DNA of 64,000 nucleotides from Clostridia bacterium (GTDB taxonomy: Bacteria; Bacillota; Clostridia; Christensenellales; Borkfalkiaceae), in the NCBI GenBank assembly GCA_017465865.1, contig JAFTVF010000015.1, positions 428 to 64,427 of the forward strand, in the 5' to 3' direction. The translations under genes and the position numbers were made by a program. Shown piece after piece: positions 41,097 to 50,227 of this stretch (the stretch's first letter is position 1; every line of letters begins with the position of its first letter). Under the pieces are notes generated by a model. It saw only the letters and a program-made list of their open reading frames with translations, ran no database searches and had not been told where the DNA came from.

Positions 41097-41792
41097 TTAT
41101 TTTTTTTGTTGTTCGGAATAATCTCGCACGACTGCCGCCAGAGGCAGGATCAGCCCGCCGATAATGTTTCCGAGAATGGTAATCAGGATATACGCTACTA
41201 CGTGCCAGCAGAAATCCCCGAGGTAATAGAAATACATCATATTCGCTACGGAATGGTCGAACCCGCAGAACGCGAAAACGACGATAGGGAACAGCACGCC
41301 GAGGGTACTGCTCAGCCCTTTTTTCGGCGCGTATTTCACCGACCAAACGGAAATGGTGATCAGCGCGCCGCACAAAATCGACGAGCACAGCGCGCGGATT
41401 GCCCAGTGGTCAACGTGCAGCTTCGTGTTTACCAAGCTAATGGCTTGGGGTACGACTTTATCCGCTACGGGGGAGTAATAGACGAGAAAGGCAATCGCGC
41501 CTACGCCGATGATATTGCCGAGGAAACAGATAGGCAAGCGGAACGAATAGTTCTTAAAGCCCATTTTCGGCATAGAAGCGACCATGCCCGTAAACAGCTT
41601 CATATCGTACGCGACGATGGCGTAAATACCGATGGAAAAGAGGAACGCGCCGATGAGCTTTCCCCAAGTCCCGTAAAGATTGTTGGCAAGCAGGGAAGCG
41701 GTAGCGCCGATCCCGATTGCCGTACCCGAGCAGATCGCCATCAAAAAGAAGACGAGCAGCTGCAATTTTGTCATTTTTTTGAATTCTTTCAT
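41097..41792 (-). CDS. Formate/nitrite transporter (FNT) family channel
   Basis: FCGFDHSVANMMYF matches the FNT signature and there are six TM segments. The start MKEFKKM was chosen over the upstream TTG. Confidence 0.8.
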   Translation of the reverse strand: MKEFKKMTKLQLLVFFLMAICSGTAIGIGATASLLANNLYGTWGKLIGAFLFSIGIYAIVAYDMKLFTGMVASMPKMGFKNYSFRLPICFLGNIIGVGAIAFLVYYSPVADKVVPQAISLVNTKLHVDHWAIRALCSSILCGALITISVWSVKYAPKKGLSSTLGVLFPIVVFAFCGFDHSVANMMYFYYLGDFCWHVVAYILITILGNIIGGLILPLAAVVRDYSEQQKK

Positions 41793-41937
41793 GATAAATA
41801 TTCCCAAATGATACTTCCAATAAAGAATTATAGCCCAAAAAAAGAAAAAAAGCAAGTTTTCAGGCAAGAATTTGAAAAAATTCTATAAAAAATCGTTGAC
41901 AAACGCAAGAAAATGATATATAATAAAACACGCTGTT

Positions 41938-42013
41938 GGGGATATGGCTCAGTTGGTAGAGCGCCTCGTTCGCAACGAGGAGGCCAGCGGTTCGAATCCG
42001 CTTATCTCCACCA
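41938..42013 (+). tRNA. tRNA-Ala (anticodon CGC)
   Basis: The acceptor GGGGATA has a G3:U70 pair. The anticodon loop is TTCGCAA, the T-loop is GGTTCGAATCC and CCA is encoded. A TTGACA, 17 nt, TATAAT promoter lies just upstream. Confidence 0.9.
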
Positions 42014-42016
42014 AAA

Positions 42017-42061
42017 ACGAGTATTTATGCAAAAATATTGCATAAATACTCGTTCCTTTTT
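42017..42061 (+). terminator. Terminator after tRNA-Ala
   Basis: ACGAGTATTTATGCA-aaaatat-TGCATAAATACTCGT followed by TCCTTTTT. Confidence 0.75.
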
Positions 42062-42137
42062 ACATAAAAGCATAAATATTCGCATTTTTTTTTGCGTTTT
42101 GGGTAGGGTTTGGTGAACGATTTGGTGAACAAAATAC

Positions 42138-43172
42138 CTATTTTTCAAGCTCTGGAATAGGGAAGATAACTTTGTTCATTTCTTCACGCATAAACTTATC
42201 GGGAAAGTGTGTATAATGTTTTGCGATCAAACGAACAGGCGAATCGCCAATCCATATTTCTACAATTTCTTGTCGAACGTACTGTTGGCAAAGTGTAGAA
42301 AAAGTATGACGTAAATTATAAGCTGTTTTTCCTTCGCCTAAAAGCTCCTTAAAGAGATTATTTGCAGTAACTGGTCGTACAGTTCGGTGCAATGGGGTAC
42401 TCCAGTCTATCAAATTCTCAGCTTGCAATGGTATAGGAATCTTTTTGTATTCTATTTTTCCATTTTTGCGTTTCCGATTTCTTGTAATCAGGAAATCACC
42501 TTCACGCCGTGTTTCTTCATCAAGTTCCGATGCACGCAATCCAAAAAAATAATAAAAGTATGCCATTTGACGAATTTTATCAAAGCGTGGTTCGTTAATT
42601 CGGGTAAAAAATCTTTCAATCTCCTCTTCGGATAGAGCCTCGCGTACTTGTCTATCAGCCCGCTGGAATGGTACAAGTGCGACAGGATTGATGGTAATCA
42701 ATCCAAGGGCCATGCCAAATTTGAAAACACTGTTAAAAACGGTTCTCATATCTTCGTAACTTCTTGCACTGAGCGTGTTCATATATTCCGATAATTGAAT
42801 GGATGTAATCTTTGAAATGCGTTCCTCTTTTATTGAATTAGGAATTCGGTTAAAACGGATGCGATAATCTGAAAGAGTTTTGGGGGTTACTTTAGACTTT
42901 GATTTATATACTAAAAATTGCTCGAAAATATTAGCAAATATATCGGATGCCTCATTGTTATTATGAAGACGGTATTTCTCAATTTCACCAGGAGTGGTTT
43001 TTGCCAAAAACTTTTCTTTTGCTTTTTGTAGATCGGTTGAAGATGCTATAATGCAATATCCGTTGGATCGATAACGAATTTCATAACAATAAGAATTTTT
43101 GCCACTTTTCTTTTTAATTACGTGGGCAGCAAGACCGTTTGCAATAAATACTTTTTTAAATGTTGTAGCCAT
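42138..43172 (-). CDS. Tyrosine recombinase / phage-type integrase (paralog 1)
   Basis: C-terminal catalytic region (LRHTFSTLC, IGDSP, HYTH). The start MATTFKKVF has an AAGGAG RBS and aligns with the start of integrase 2 (MPKQFRKIF). An in-frame upstream extension to 43367 is possible. Confidence 0.85.
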   Translation of the reverse strand: MATTFKKVFIANGLAAHVIKKKSGKNSYCYEIRYRSNGYCIIASSTDLQKAKEKFLAKTTPGEIEKYRLHNNNEASDIFANIFEQFLVYKSKSKVTPKTLSDYRIRFNRIPNSIKEERISKITSIQLSEYMNTLSARSYEDMRTVFNSVFKFGMALGLITINPVALVPFQRADRQVREALSEEEIERFFTRINEPRFDKIRQMAYFYYFFGLRASELDEETRREGDFLITRNRKRKNGKIEYKKIPIPLQAENLIDWSTPLHRTVRPVTANNLFKELLGEGKTAYNLRHTFSTLCQQYVRQEIVEIWIGDSPVRLIAKHYTHFPDKFMREEMNKVIFPIPELEK

Positions 43173-43363
43173 TTTTGAAATCTCCTTTTGTGTAAAAAAT
43201 AGTTTTGATGACACCGAAGACTCGGTGTTTTTTTGTGTGCCAAAATCAGTCTTTTTATTAGCAACAAAAAGACTTGCAAGTAATAATTTAATTTTTTCTT
43301 CTGAGTTAGGTTGATTTGCCAAAGCGGCAATACAAGTTGCGGTTACGTTAATTTCTTGATTTG

Positions 43364-43492
43364 TCATAAACCTCCTTTTAGAAAATTTTGGTCAACTTCC
43401 CCGTCGGGAAGCATAAACGCGTTCACTTTTGCCGTGATTTTCTTGTCTATAGCTAACATAGACACAAAAACATCAAATGGTCCGTTTTTCAT
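43364..43492 (-). CDS. Small 42-aa ORF whose stop overlaps (ATGA) the long-form integrase start
   Basis: The product is MKNGPFDVFVSMLAIDKKITAKVNAFMLPDGEVDQNFLKGGL. No homology was recognised and this may be spurious. Confidence 0.25.
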   Translation of the reverse strand: MKNGPFDVFVSMLAIDKKITAKVNAFMLPDGEVDQNFLKGGL

Positions 43493-43528
43493 GAAAGTTT
43501 TTTATTTTTACTATTGAAAAAATAGCTT

Positions 43529-44137
43529 TTAAGTAAAAAGTGCTTTATATTTTACCTGCGCGCGCGTTCTTCTACGCCAAACTGTAATACGACTGATGTC
43601 AAGGAATTCAGCGATTTCCATACAAGTCATACCTGCCATATAGCAATCTAATACAACTCTATCACGAGGTTTTAGGTTAAGGAGTTCAATTTTGTTATCT
43701 ACTTCGGTGTAGTCTTTTTCTTCGTAATGGTCGATTTCTACCGATAAAGAGTCTGCGAAATAATCAATATCACAAGCGCGCTTATTATGTCTACGCAATC
43801 TATTCACATGACGGCTAATGAGATTATAAACAGCGTGTTTAATGGTAATGATTTTTCCATTTTTCACCGTATAAACGTCCGTGAGTTCCTTACCGATAAA
43901 TTCGCATAAGAAACAAATGGTAGTTTGTGCAATGTCGTAAGCGTCTGAAAAGGTGTGGGTTGGATTATTACGACGGTTCAAATCTCTAACGTAACCCGTG
44001 TAGAGAATTTCAAAGTTTTGGCGGGAATACGCGCAATAACCGCGTAAGCATTTCAAGGTGATAAGTTCACCGATTAGTTGAACGTTCTCGAAAGAGATGT
44101 TTTCCGATAACACGTTATAAGGATTGTTTTGAAGCAT
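43529..44137 (-). CDS. Sigma-70 family (region 4 HTH) protein, Tn916 orf7-like position
   Basis: The C-terminus LKPRDRVVLDCYMAGMTCMEIAEFLDISRITVWRRRTRA is a sigma-70 region 4 HTH. The start MLQNNPYN is preceded by GGAGGT. It lies upstream of the integrase, as in the Tn916-type regulatory module. Confidence 0.7.
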   Translation of the reverse strand: MLQNNPYNVLSENISFENVQLIGELITLKCLRGYCAYSRQNFEILYTGYVRDLNRRNNPTHTFSDAYDIAQTTICFLCEFIGKELTDVYTVKNGKIITIKHAVYNLISRHVNRLRRHNKRACDIDYFADSLSVEIDHYEEKDYTEVDNKIELLNLKPRDRVVLDCYMAGMTCMEIAEFLDISRITVWRRRTRAQVKYKALFT

Positions 44138-44554
44138 TTGAGATTTACCTCCAGATTTTTTTATTTGCCGAGAGCGGCAGGGGCAAGAGCGCATAACCCA
44201 AAGCAGCGTGACGCTGCACCCAAACTTATCTATCTTTCTATTTCGAGGGAAAGAACTATTTCGTATCCGTAATCAAGAAAAAGGTAGGGCAAGTATGTAT
44301 TGAACGAGCTACCAAAAGTCAACGAAAAGGGAACCGCAGACAAAAAGTTTTGTGGGATAAATAAAAAAATAGCCGAGCAGTAAAAATGCTCGGCTATTGT
44401 GATATAAGCCAAAAGTTTTTATCCGTTGACGTTTGGATTGGGCTATGCGAGAATAGCCACAACGCTAACGGCAAAAAAATTAGAGATATGAAACTTTTGA
44501 AAAAGTGGACCAAATGGCAAAAAAGTGTCTATGTTAGGGTTAGAGGTAAAAACA

Positions 44555-45946
44555 ATGAAACCATATTTAATACCAGCGGATTATGTAAGAGATAATCCGT
44601 TTGCAGAAACACACATGTACAAGATAGAACAAACGGTACGTTCCGTCAGCCCCGATACGCACGTTGCTTTGATGACGGGCTTGGCAGATCAACACGCGGC
44701 GACGGGTAGAAAATGGGAGAAATTTTTGCCCGCGCTTAGCGGTGCGTTTATGCCTATTCTGCGCCCGCATTTTGGACCGTATAGAGAGGATAAACCGAGA
44801 GATTTCGTCGCTTGTTATCGGACTTTGGCACAGTTTATTGCGCACGTAAAAGAAAAATACACGGGAGAGGTTTCTTATTGCCCCGAAGTGGAAAATACGA
44901 GGTTTACCACGTGGTCGAAATCTGCGGCGGCAACTTCTTTTCAACTTGCCTTATCCGCGTTTATGGGTTGTGAAGACGTAACGCTTTCCTTATACGATTT
45001 GGAGGGCGGCGCATTGTTCGACGAACCTCGTTATGAAAAAATGCTGAAAGAGCAGAAGCCGTTGTTGGATAAGTTAATCGGGCTTGGTTTATCGGATTGT
45101 GGGGAAATCGGCGTAACCATTCCCATTTCTTGTGATTGCGCCAAGAACTATGCGTTAAACCGCGGTGAAGAATACGAGCATATCGCAGGAAGCTGGCGGT
45201 ATATAGAGAACTACTTTTTAACGATGGGCGTGCCTTGTCGGTACTGCGCGGTTTCTGAAATTAAAAAGTCGGATTTTGTCTTGCTTGACGGTTACAGCGC
45301 GAATTTTTTAAGCATAGACGAATTAAAACGTTTGTTGCACGGCAACGTATTTCTTGACGGTAAAGCGACGGAGATTTTATGCGAAAAAGGGTTGGGCGCA
45401 TACCTCGGCGTAGAAAGCGTCGAGCAGCAGCAAAGTATGGCGAATGCGGAGAGAATAGAAAATTTCTATCGAAAGGACGGTACGTATATTCGTATTCCCT
45501 CGCGCATTTCGGCGAAATCGTGGTATAAAATTCGACCTTTTGAAACCGCTGAAATTCTTTCTCGTTTTTTAACCCCTCACGGCGAAGAAAGTCCTGCTTT
45601 TCTCCGTTTCGATAATGAAAACGGCGGAAAGGTGGCAATCTATCCCGCTTATTTTGATTGGGGCGACGGATTTTTTACGCATTACCGAGTGGCGTTATTC
45701 AAAAAAGTCATCAAGGAGCTGTGTCCTAACGTACCGCAAATCGATTGCGGAGGATATTGTCTTAGTGCGGTAAAATCCCGAAACGACGGGGGCAGGTACT
45801 TGTTTATTGCAAATTTGTCCGGCGATAAAGTGGAAAAAATTACTATCGACGGTCAGCAGATAAGTGAAACTCTTGAAACTTATCAAACGGTAGTTTTTGA
45901 ACAAAACAACGGGGAACTCAATAAAATAGGGAAGACAATAAAATAA
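44555..45946 (+). CDS. Hypothetical protein (463 aa), first gene of carbohydrate cargo cluster
   Basis: The RBS is AGAGGT. No family was recognised. A degraded copy of its 3' end recurs at 46976-47071. Confidence 0.6.
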   Translation: MKPYLIPADYVRDNPFAETHMYKIEQTVRSVSPDTHVALMTGLADQHAATGRKWEKFLPALSGAFMPILRPHFGPYREDKPRDFVACYRTLAQFIAHVKEKYTGEVSYCPEVENTRFTTWSKSAAATSFQLALSAFMGCEDVTLSLYDLEGGALFDEPRYEKMLKEQKPLLDKLIGLGLSDCGEIGVTIPISCDCAKNYALNRGEEYEHIAGSWRYIENYFLTMGVPCRYCAVSEIKKSDFVLLDGYSANFLSIDELKRLLHGNVFLDGKATEILCEKGLGAYLGVESVEQQQSMANAERIENFYRKDGTYIRIPSRISAKSWYKIRPFETAEILSRFLTPHGEESPAFLRFDNENGGKVAIYPAYFDWGDGFFTHYRVALFKKVIKELCPNVPQIDCGGYCLSAVKSRNDGGRYLFIANLSGDKVEKITIDGQQISETLETYQTVVFEQNNGELNKIGKTIK

Positions 45947-45968
45947 ACGTTTGCGGACGGGTAAGAAT

Positions 45969-46934
45969 ATGAAGAAATTATTGCAAGATAAAAAAGCATT
46001 GTCCTATACGGGCTTAATTTTCGTAGTGTTTATTTGGGGTGCTTCGCCGCCTTTGACGAAATGGTTTTTGAATTATTATTCTCCAACGTTTAACGTAGCG
46101 TGGGGATCTTTGGTTTCCTCGATTGCTTTAGCAATTATATTAAGAAAAAAGTTAAAGAACGTAACAAAAGAGTATTTTAAAGTCGCGATTCCCCTCGGAT
46201 TATTTTATACGATTGCGAATTTATCGCAAAAAATAGGGTTACAGTACACGTCGCCTGCAAAATATTCTTTCTTGGAAAATTTGTCGTGTATCGTCGTACC
46301 GTTTTTGATGTGGCTGTTCATAAAGAAAAAACCGGCGGTATTGCAGTTTGTGGGTAGTGCCGTGTGTTTAATCAGCGCATTCATTCTTAGCGGTTTAGGC
46401 TTTTCGGGGCAAGAGTTATCCATAGGGAAAGGGGAAATTTTGTGCGCCTTGGCAGGAATATTTTACGGTGTCAACATAGCGGGTACGGGCGCGTTTACAA
46501 AAAAATTTGACTCTGGCTTATACATAATGATACTGATGGCGGTAGAGAGTATCGTTTCTCTTATCGTATCTCTTGGGTTTCATTTTATAAAGATAGACGG
46601 TGTGCCTATAGAAGTCATTCGATTTTCTTGGGATCCTTTGTTATTACTCGGCAAAATTGCCATTACGTTGATTTCCAGCACGCTTTGTTGGACGATACGG
46701 ACAAATAGTATGAAACACGTAGATGCGACCGTAGTGGCGGTAATGATGCCGTTCTCATCTGTAATTACGAGTATCTGTTCCGTAATGTTCGGAATGGATT
46801 CTTTGACGGTAAATCTCTTCGTAGGAGCAACGCTTGGATTGTTGGCGATGATTATCTGTGCGTTTGGCGATATGGCGTCGGATAAAAAGGCGAAAGGGAA
46901 AGAGAAAACGAATGAATGCGTGGAGCAAGGATAG
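45969..46934 (+). CDS. EamA/DMT-family transporter
   Basis: Ten hydrophobic segments with a two-EamA-repeat architecture. Confidence 0.75.
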   Translation: MKKLLQDKKALSYTGLIFVVFIWGASPPLTKWFLNYYSPTFNVAWGSLVSSIALAIILRKKLKNVTKEYFKVAIPLGLFYTIANLSQKIGLQYTSPAKYSFLENLSCIVVPFLMWLFIKKKPAVLQFVGSAVCLISAFILSGLGFSGQELSIGKGEILCALAGIFYGVNIAGTGAFTKKFDSGLYIMILMAVESIVSLIVSLGFHFIKIDGVPIEVIRFSWDPLLLLGKIAITLISSTLCWTIRTNSMKHVDATVVAVMMPFSSVITSICSVMFGMDSLTVNLFVGATLGLLAMIICAFGDMASDKKAKGKEKTNECVEQG

Positions 46935-47071
46935 TATTTTATCAAATATATCCAAATAGTTTTTATGATAGTAACGGTCAAGCTATTCGCGAAAAACTTG
47001 AAACCTATCAAACGCTTGTTCTTAAACAAAGCAACGGAAAAATTCAAAAAATCGGAAAGACAATAAAATAA
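46928..47071 (+). pseudogene. Recombination scar: about 50 nt of a GH13-paralog 5' end fused to about 95 nt of the 3' end of a paralog of the 44555 gene
   Basis: 46928-46977 aligns with GH13 codons KDSIFYQVYPTSFYDSN (47157-47207) with an indel and stops. 46976-47071 translates to GQAIREKLETYQTLVLKQSNGKIQKIGKTIK*, compared with GQQISETLETYQTVVFEQNNGELNKIGKTIK* at 45851-45946. Confidence 0.65.
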
Positions 47072-47141
47072 GAACTGAGTTGTATCCTATATGTTATAAA
47101 GAAGTAACGAAAGTACGAGATAGTTTATAAGGAGCGAATGT

Positions 47142-48755
47142 ATGAACGATTGGCTTAAAGACAGTATATTTTATCAAGTATATCCCACGAGTTTTTACGA
47201 TAGCAACGCCGACGGCGTTGGGGATTTACAAGGGATTATTCAAAAGTTGGAGTATATAAAAGAACTTGGTGTGAATGCGATTTGGCTTAACCCGTTTTAC
47301 GCTTCTCCGTTTATGGACGGCGGATACGATATATCCGATTATTATTCCGTAAACGAAAAATTCGGTACGATGTCGGATTTTGATGAGTTGATCGAAAAAT
47401 GTAAAAAGCTCGGCATTAGGCTTGTGATAGACCTCGTTATTGGGCATACGTCAGATAAGCATCCTTGGTTTTTGCAGTCGGCAAAGGACGAAAAGAATAA
47501 ATATACGGATTGGTATATTTGGACGGATAACAATTTTAATAAATTTGCAGATAAAAGCATACACGGCTTGTATGCTCGCGACGGTGGATACGTGATTAAT
47601 TATTACGCGTGTCAACCTGCGTTAAATTACGGCTTTAACGGTAAACCGAGAGAAAGGGATCCGAATAACCCTTACGATTTGGGTGAAGAGTGGAAAATGC
47701 ACTATACCGATGAACGGCTGAAGCCGTTGCGAGAAGAGATTTTGAACGTAATGCGGTTTTGGCTGAAAAAAGGCGTGGACGGTTTCCGTGTGGATTTAGC
47801 GAACTCGCTCGTAAAAGGTTGCGTGTACGATTCGGACGACGATAAAGATACCGAGGGGCTGCAATGGCTTTGGAATATTTTAATCGGTACGATAAAAGCG
47901 GAATATCCCGACGTAGCGTTTGTTGCCGAATGGGTATATCCGTCCAATTCGGTAGGTAAATGCGGATTTGATTTGGATTATTTAGGGCACGACCGTCCCG
48001 AATACAACGACTTGTTCCGTAACGAGAAGAGTACGAATATTTTACCTGCTTTTGAAAAAGGATATACCTATTTTTCGTCGGAGGGAAAAGGCAGCGTAGA
48101 AAACTTTCTGGCTTATACAGAGCGATTATATAATGACGTTGCGGGAAAGGGGTATTTTTCCGTGCCCAGCGGTTATCACGACGTCGTGCGTATTGCCGAA
48201 AAGAAAGACGAAGAATTACTCAAAGTTCTTTTCGCGTTTTTGCTTACGTATAAACACGTTCCGTTTATTTATTACGGCGACGAAATCGGTATAACGCACG
48301 CTTGGGGTATCAATAAAGACGGCGGATATATTCGCACGGGTGCAAGAACGCCTATGCAATGGACAAATGGGAAAAACCGTGGCTTTTCGGAAGCAGACGA
48401 GGAATTGTATTTGCCTGTCAACGACGAAAAAAAGCAGAGCGTTTTCGAGCAGGAAAAAGATGAAAACTCTTTGCTAAATACAGTGAAAAAGCTCGTAGCT
48501 CTGCGAAATGAAAATTCGGCGTTGAACGCAGACGGCGAATTAGAGGTTTTGCGTTGTGATGACGGCGGATATCCGCTCGTGTACGAACGAAAGGACGAGA
48601 AAAAAGCGTTCGTAATTGCCATCAATCCAAGCGAAAAATCGGTAGAAGTTGAGAGGTACGGAAAGCCCATTATTTTGCAGAATTCCAGTAAAATGGGCAA
48701 TAAGATATTATTATCAGGGAAAAGTTTTGCAATATTTAAAAAAAGCGATAGGTGA
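47142..48755 (+). CDS. GH13 alpha-glucosidase / oligo-1,6-glucosidase-like
   Basis: Motifs FYQVYPTSFYDSNADGVGDLQGI, GVNAIWLNPFY, DLVIGHTS, GFRVDLA and AEW are present. Confidence 0.9.
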   Translation: MNDWLKDSIFYQVYPTSFYDSNADGVGDLQGIIQKLEYIKELGVNAIWLNPFYASPFMDGGYDISDYYSVNEKFGTMSDFDELIEKCKKLGIRLVIDLVIGHTSDKHPWFLQSAKDEKNKYTDWYIWTDNNFNKFADKSIHGLYARDGGYVINYYACQPALNYGFNGKPRERDPNNPYDLGEEWKMHYTDERLKPLREEILNVMRFWLKKGVDGFRVDLANSLVKGCVYDSDDDKDTEGLQWLWNILIGTIKAEYPDVAFVAEWVYPSNSVGKCGFDLDYLGHDRPEYNDLFRNEKSTNILPAFEKGYTYFSSEGKGSVENFLAYTERLYNDVAGKGYFSVPSGYHDVVRIAEKKDEELLKVLFAFLLTYKHVPFIYYGDEIGITHAWGINKDGGYIRTGARTPMQWTNGKNRGFSEADEELYLPVNDEKKQSVFEQEKDENSLLNTVKKLVALRNENSALNADGELEVLRCDDGGYPLVYERKDEKKAFVIAINPSEKSVEVERYGKPIILQNSSKMGNKILLSGKSFAIFKKSDR

Positions 48756-48772
48756 AAAAGGATAATAAAAAG

Positions 48773-50225
48773 ATGAAAGACAAATTACTTACGTATTGCA
48801 ATCCGTTGTCAATACCCAACATCCCCAGAGGGAAAGACGAATGGTATACAGTCGAGGATAAAATGTTCAGCCATGAAAACAAGCCGAATTTTATAAAAAC
48901 CCCCGATTATAGATCCATTAGCGATCCGACGGTTTTTTATTATGACAATAAATGGTATATGTACCCTTCGTATGGTATGGCGTGGGTAAGCGAGGATTTT
49001 GTCAACTGGCAACATTACAGAACCGAGCCGTATTGCCCTAAATACAGTCCAAGCATTATTCCATGGAAAGGGAAATTTTTAATGACGTCTTGGTTTTGTC
49101 CACTGTATGAGGCGGATACGCCTCTTGGACCGTTTCGAGAATTAGGTAGCTTTATTCTGCCCGACAATACGGAATATCTGCCTTGCGACCCCGGTATTTT
49201 TATTGATGATGACGAAAGAATTTATCTTTATGCGTTTGATGGAAATAATGAAACGACTTTAATTATCGGATATGAGTTAGATCGCGATAATCCCAGAAAA
49301 ATTATCTCCGATAGACATGTTATTTTACAGCTTGACGCCAAAAACCATTGGTGGGAAAGAAACGGGTTGCACAAGCAAGACGATACGTTCGGTTGGGTGG
49401 AAGGACCGCACCTTTTGAAATATAACGGAAGATATTATATGATTTATGCGTCTTCTAACACTTGCGACTCTTCCTATTGTTTGGCGGTGTACTATTCGGA
49501 TGATACCCCCCCTTACGGGCTTTATATGTCAAAAAAATAATCCTCTTACTTATAATACAAGCGGCTTGGTATCTGGTGCGGGGCATGGGTGCGTTGAAAG
49601 AGGTCCTAACGACACCTTATGGGCGTTTTACACGATTCCTACGCCTTATACTCACCACTACGAAAGAAGAATCGGTATGGATTTGGTTGCCGTTGATAAA
49701 AACGGGGAATTGTACTGTCCGCACGGTGTTACGGATACTCCGCAATACCAACCGGGAAAAGTACAAAACAGTATAGAAAACAATTGTCCAAAGTGGTTAA
49801 ATTTAACGGGTGGCAGTCGCCCCGAGGTCTCAAGCGCGAAAGAAGGGAGAGACGCGCTTTATGCCGTTGACGAGAGTAAAATTACGTGGTGGCAACCAGA
49901 GGATCTTGATGAAAATCCCGTCTTGACGTGTAATTTGAAAGCGGAGTATACGATTTATTCGACTCGTATTTTTTGGAAAGAAATTGGGCTTGATTATAAA
50001 AATGGTGCTATTCCCGCTCCGATTAAATACATTGTTGAGGGATACCATAACGGAGAATGGATTTGTTTGGTAGACGCAACGGACAACGAAGAGGAAAAAA
50101 ATATCGATTACAGAGAAATTACCAAACCGTGTGTTTGCGATAAAGCTAGAATTAGAATTATAGAAAAACCCAAAGGCTTACAAATTGGGATAATTGATTT
50201 TTGCGTTTTCGGGGTAAGGAGCTAA
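48773..50225 (+). pseudogene. GH43-like glycosidase with C-terminal F5/8 type C (CBM32-like) domain, interrupted by +1 frameshift in a C7 run
   Basis: Two overlapping ORFs (48752-49540 and 49446-50225) lie in different frames. GH43-like motifs are SISDPTVFYYDNKWYMY and GWVEGPHLLKYNGRYYMIYAS. Removing one C at 49506-49512 gives a continuous ...YYSDDTPLTGFICQKNNPL... Confidence 0.75.
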
Positions 50226-50227
50226 CA

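Noticed and set aside
41990-42013. Duplication of the tRNA-Ala 3' end as the att site of the island.
   Set aside because: Only a 9-nt match (TCTCCACCA) was found, inside the GH38 coding region near 55117, which is consistent with chance. The candidate att repeat lies downstream of the tRNA terminator instead.
42138-43367. The 409-aa long form of integrase 1 as the primary gene model.
   Set aside because: Homology to integrase 2 begins at residue 66, which has its own AAGGAG RBS. The extension contains a perfect hairpin with flanking A and T runs. The long form is kept only as an alternative.
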